64,000 bases of DNA from Octopus sinensis. Taxonomy: Eukaryota. The notes below the pieces were generated by a model, which was not told the origin of the DNA, searched no databases, and saw only the letters and a program-made list of their open reading frames with translations. Location of the stretch: positions 124,001-188,000 of the forward strand of contig NW_021826031.1 in NCBI RefSeq assembly GCF_006345805.1. The letters are read 5' to 3'. This document shows, in pieces, positions 63,662 through 64,000 of the stretch (within the stretch, counting starts at the first letter, position 1; each line of letters opens with the position of its first letter). The position numbers and the translations under genes are program-made.

Positions 63662-64000
63662 ACTTCTTCATTAAATTTCAAGTCTTACCAGAAGCAGTTT
63701 TATTTTTTAAAGATTTGCGACACAAATTTACTGTCGAGACAATAATTGTCAGTACCCAATTAGATCCATCGTTAAACTCTTTATATCTTCTAATATCAAT
63801 AGATCCCCTGGAATCTTTCATTGGGTTTTCCTGCATTACATGGTAATTAGAATCCGACACCTAGATACATTTTTTTAAATACTTTCAATGATAGGGCAGA
63901 TTTACAAATTTCGCAGTCTTTTATAATTTGCTCAATGATTGGATTTTTATAGTGAAATAGAATTCACTGCACTTTTTCTGAAGCTTTCGTATTCCCCATG

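Overview
AT-rich eukaryotic genomic DNA. The compact host genes are split by very short GT-AG introns (mostly about 21-30 nt), so the ORF track fragments or misses them. A tensin-like SH2-PTB gene, a KCC-type SLC12 gene and a C-type lectin gene, together with strong protein divergence, suggest a reduced, probably parasitic animal (myxozoan- or dicyemid-like; inference only). Recognisable genes: DOLK, a COX7A-like gene, PGAM5, EF-1beta, SPCS3, IER3IP1/Yos1, an SLC12 K-Cl cotransporter, FGFR1OP/CEP43, tensin-like, IMP3, RPS20, prohibitin and a C-type lectin, plus decayed BTAF1/Mot1 and FCF1 copies. Much of the rest is transposon-derived: a MULE with long TIRs and an 8-bp TSD, a hAT/Buster with a nested Tc1, four pogo/Tigger elements (one hosting an intact DD34E Tc1), a Ginger-like integrase, and CRE, RTE, R4/Dong-like and I/Jockey-like non-LTR remnants. 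Most notable: (1) an RTE insertion with the full twin-priming (5' inversion) signature, (2) host-sized micro-introns inside transposase/integrase genes, one absent from sister Tiggers, (3) telomeric-type motifs at non-LTR insertion junctions, (4) a ~450-bp inverted repeat bracketing the integrase, RPS20 and PHB, (5) a decaying block of essential-gene copies. No prokaryote-type system such as CRISPR is evident. All assignments come from manual motif recognition; no database search was run.
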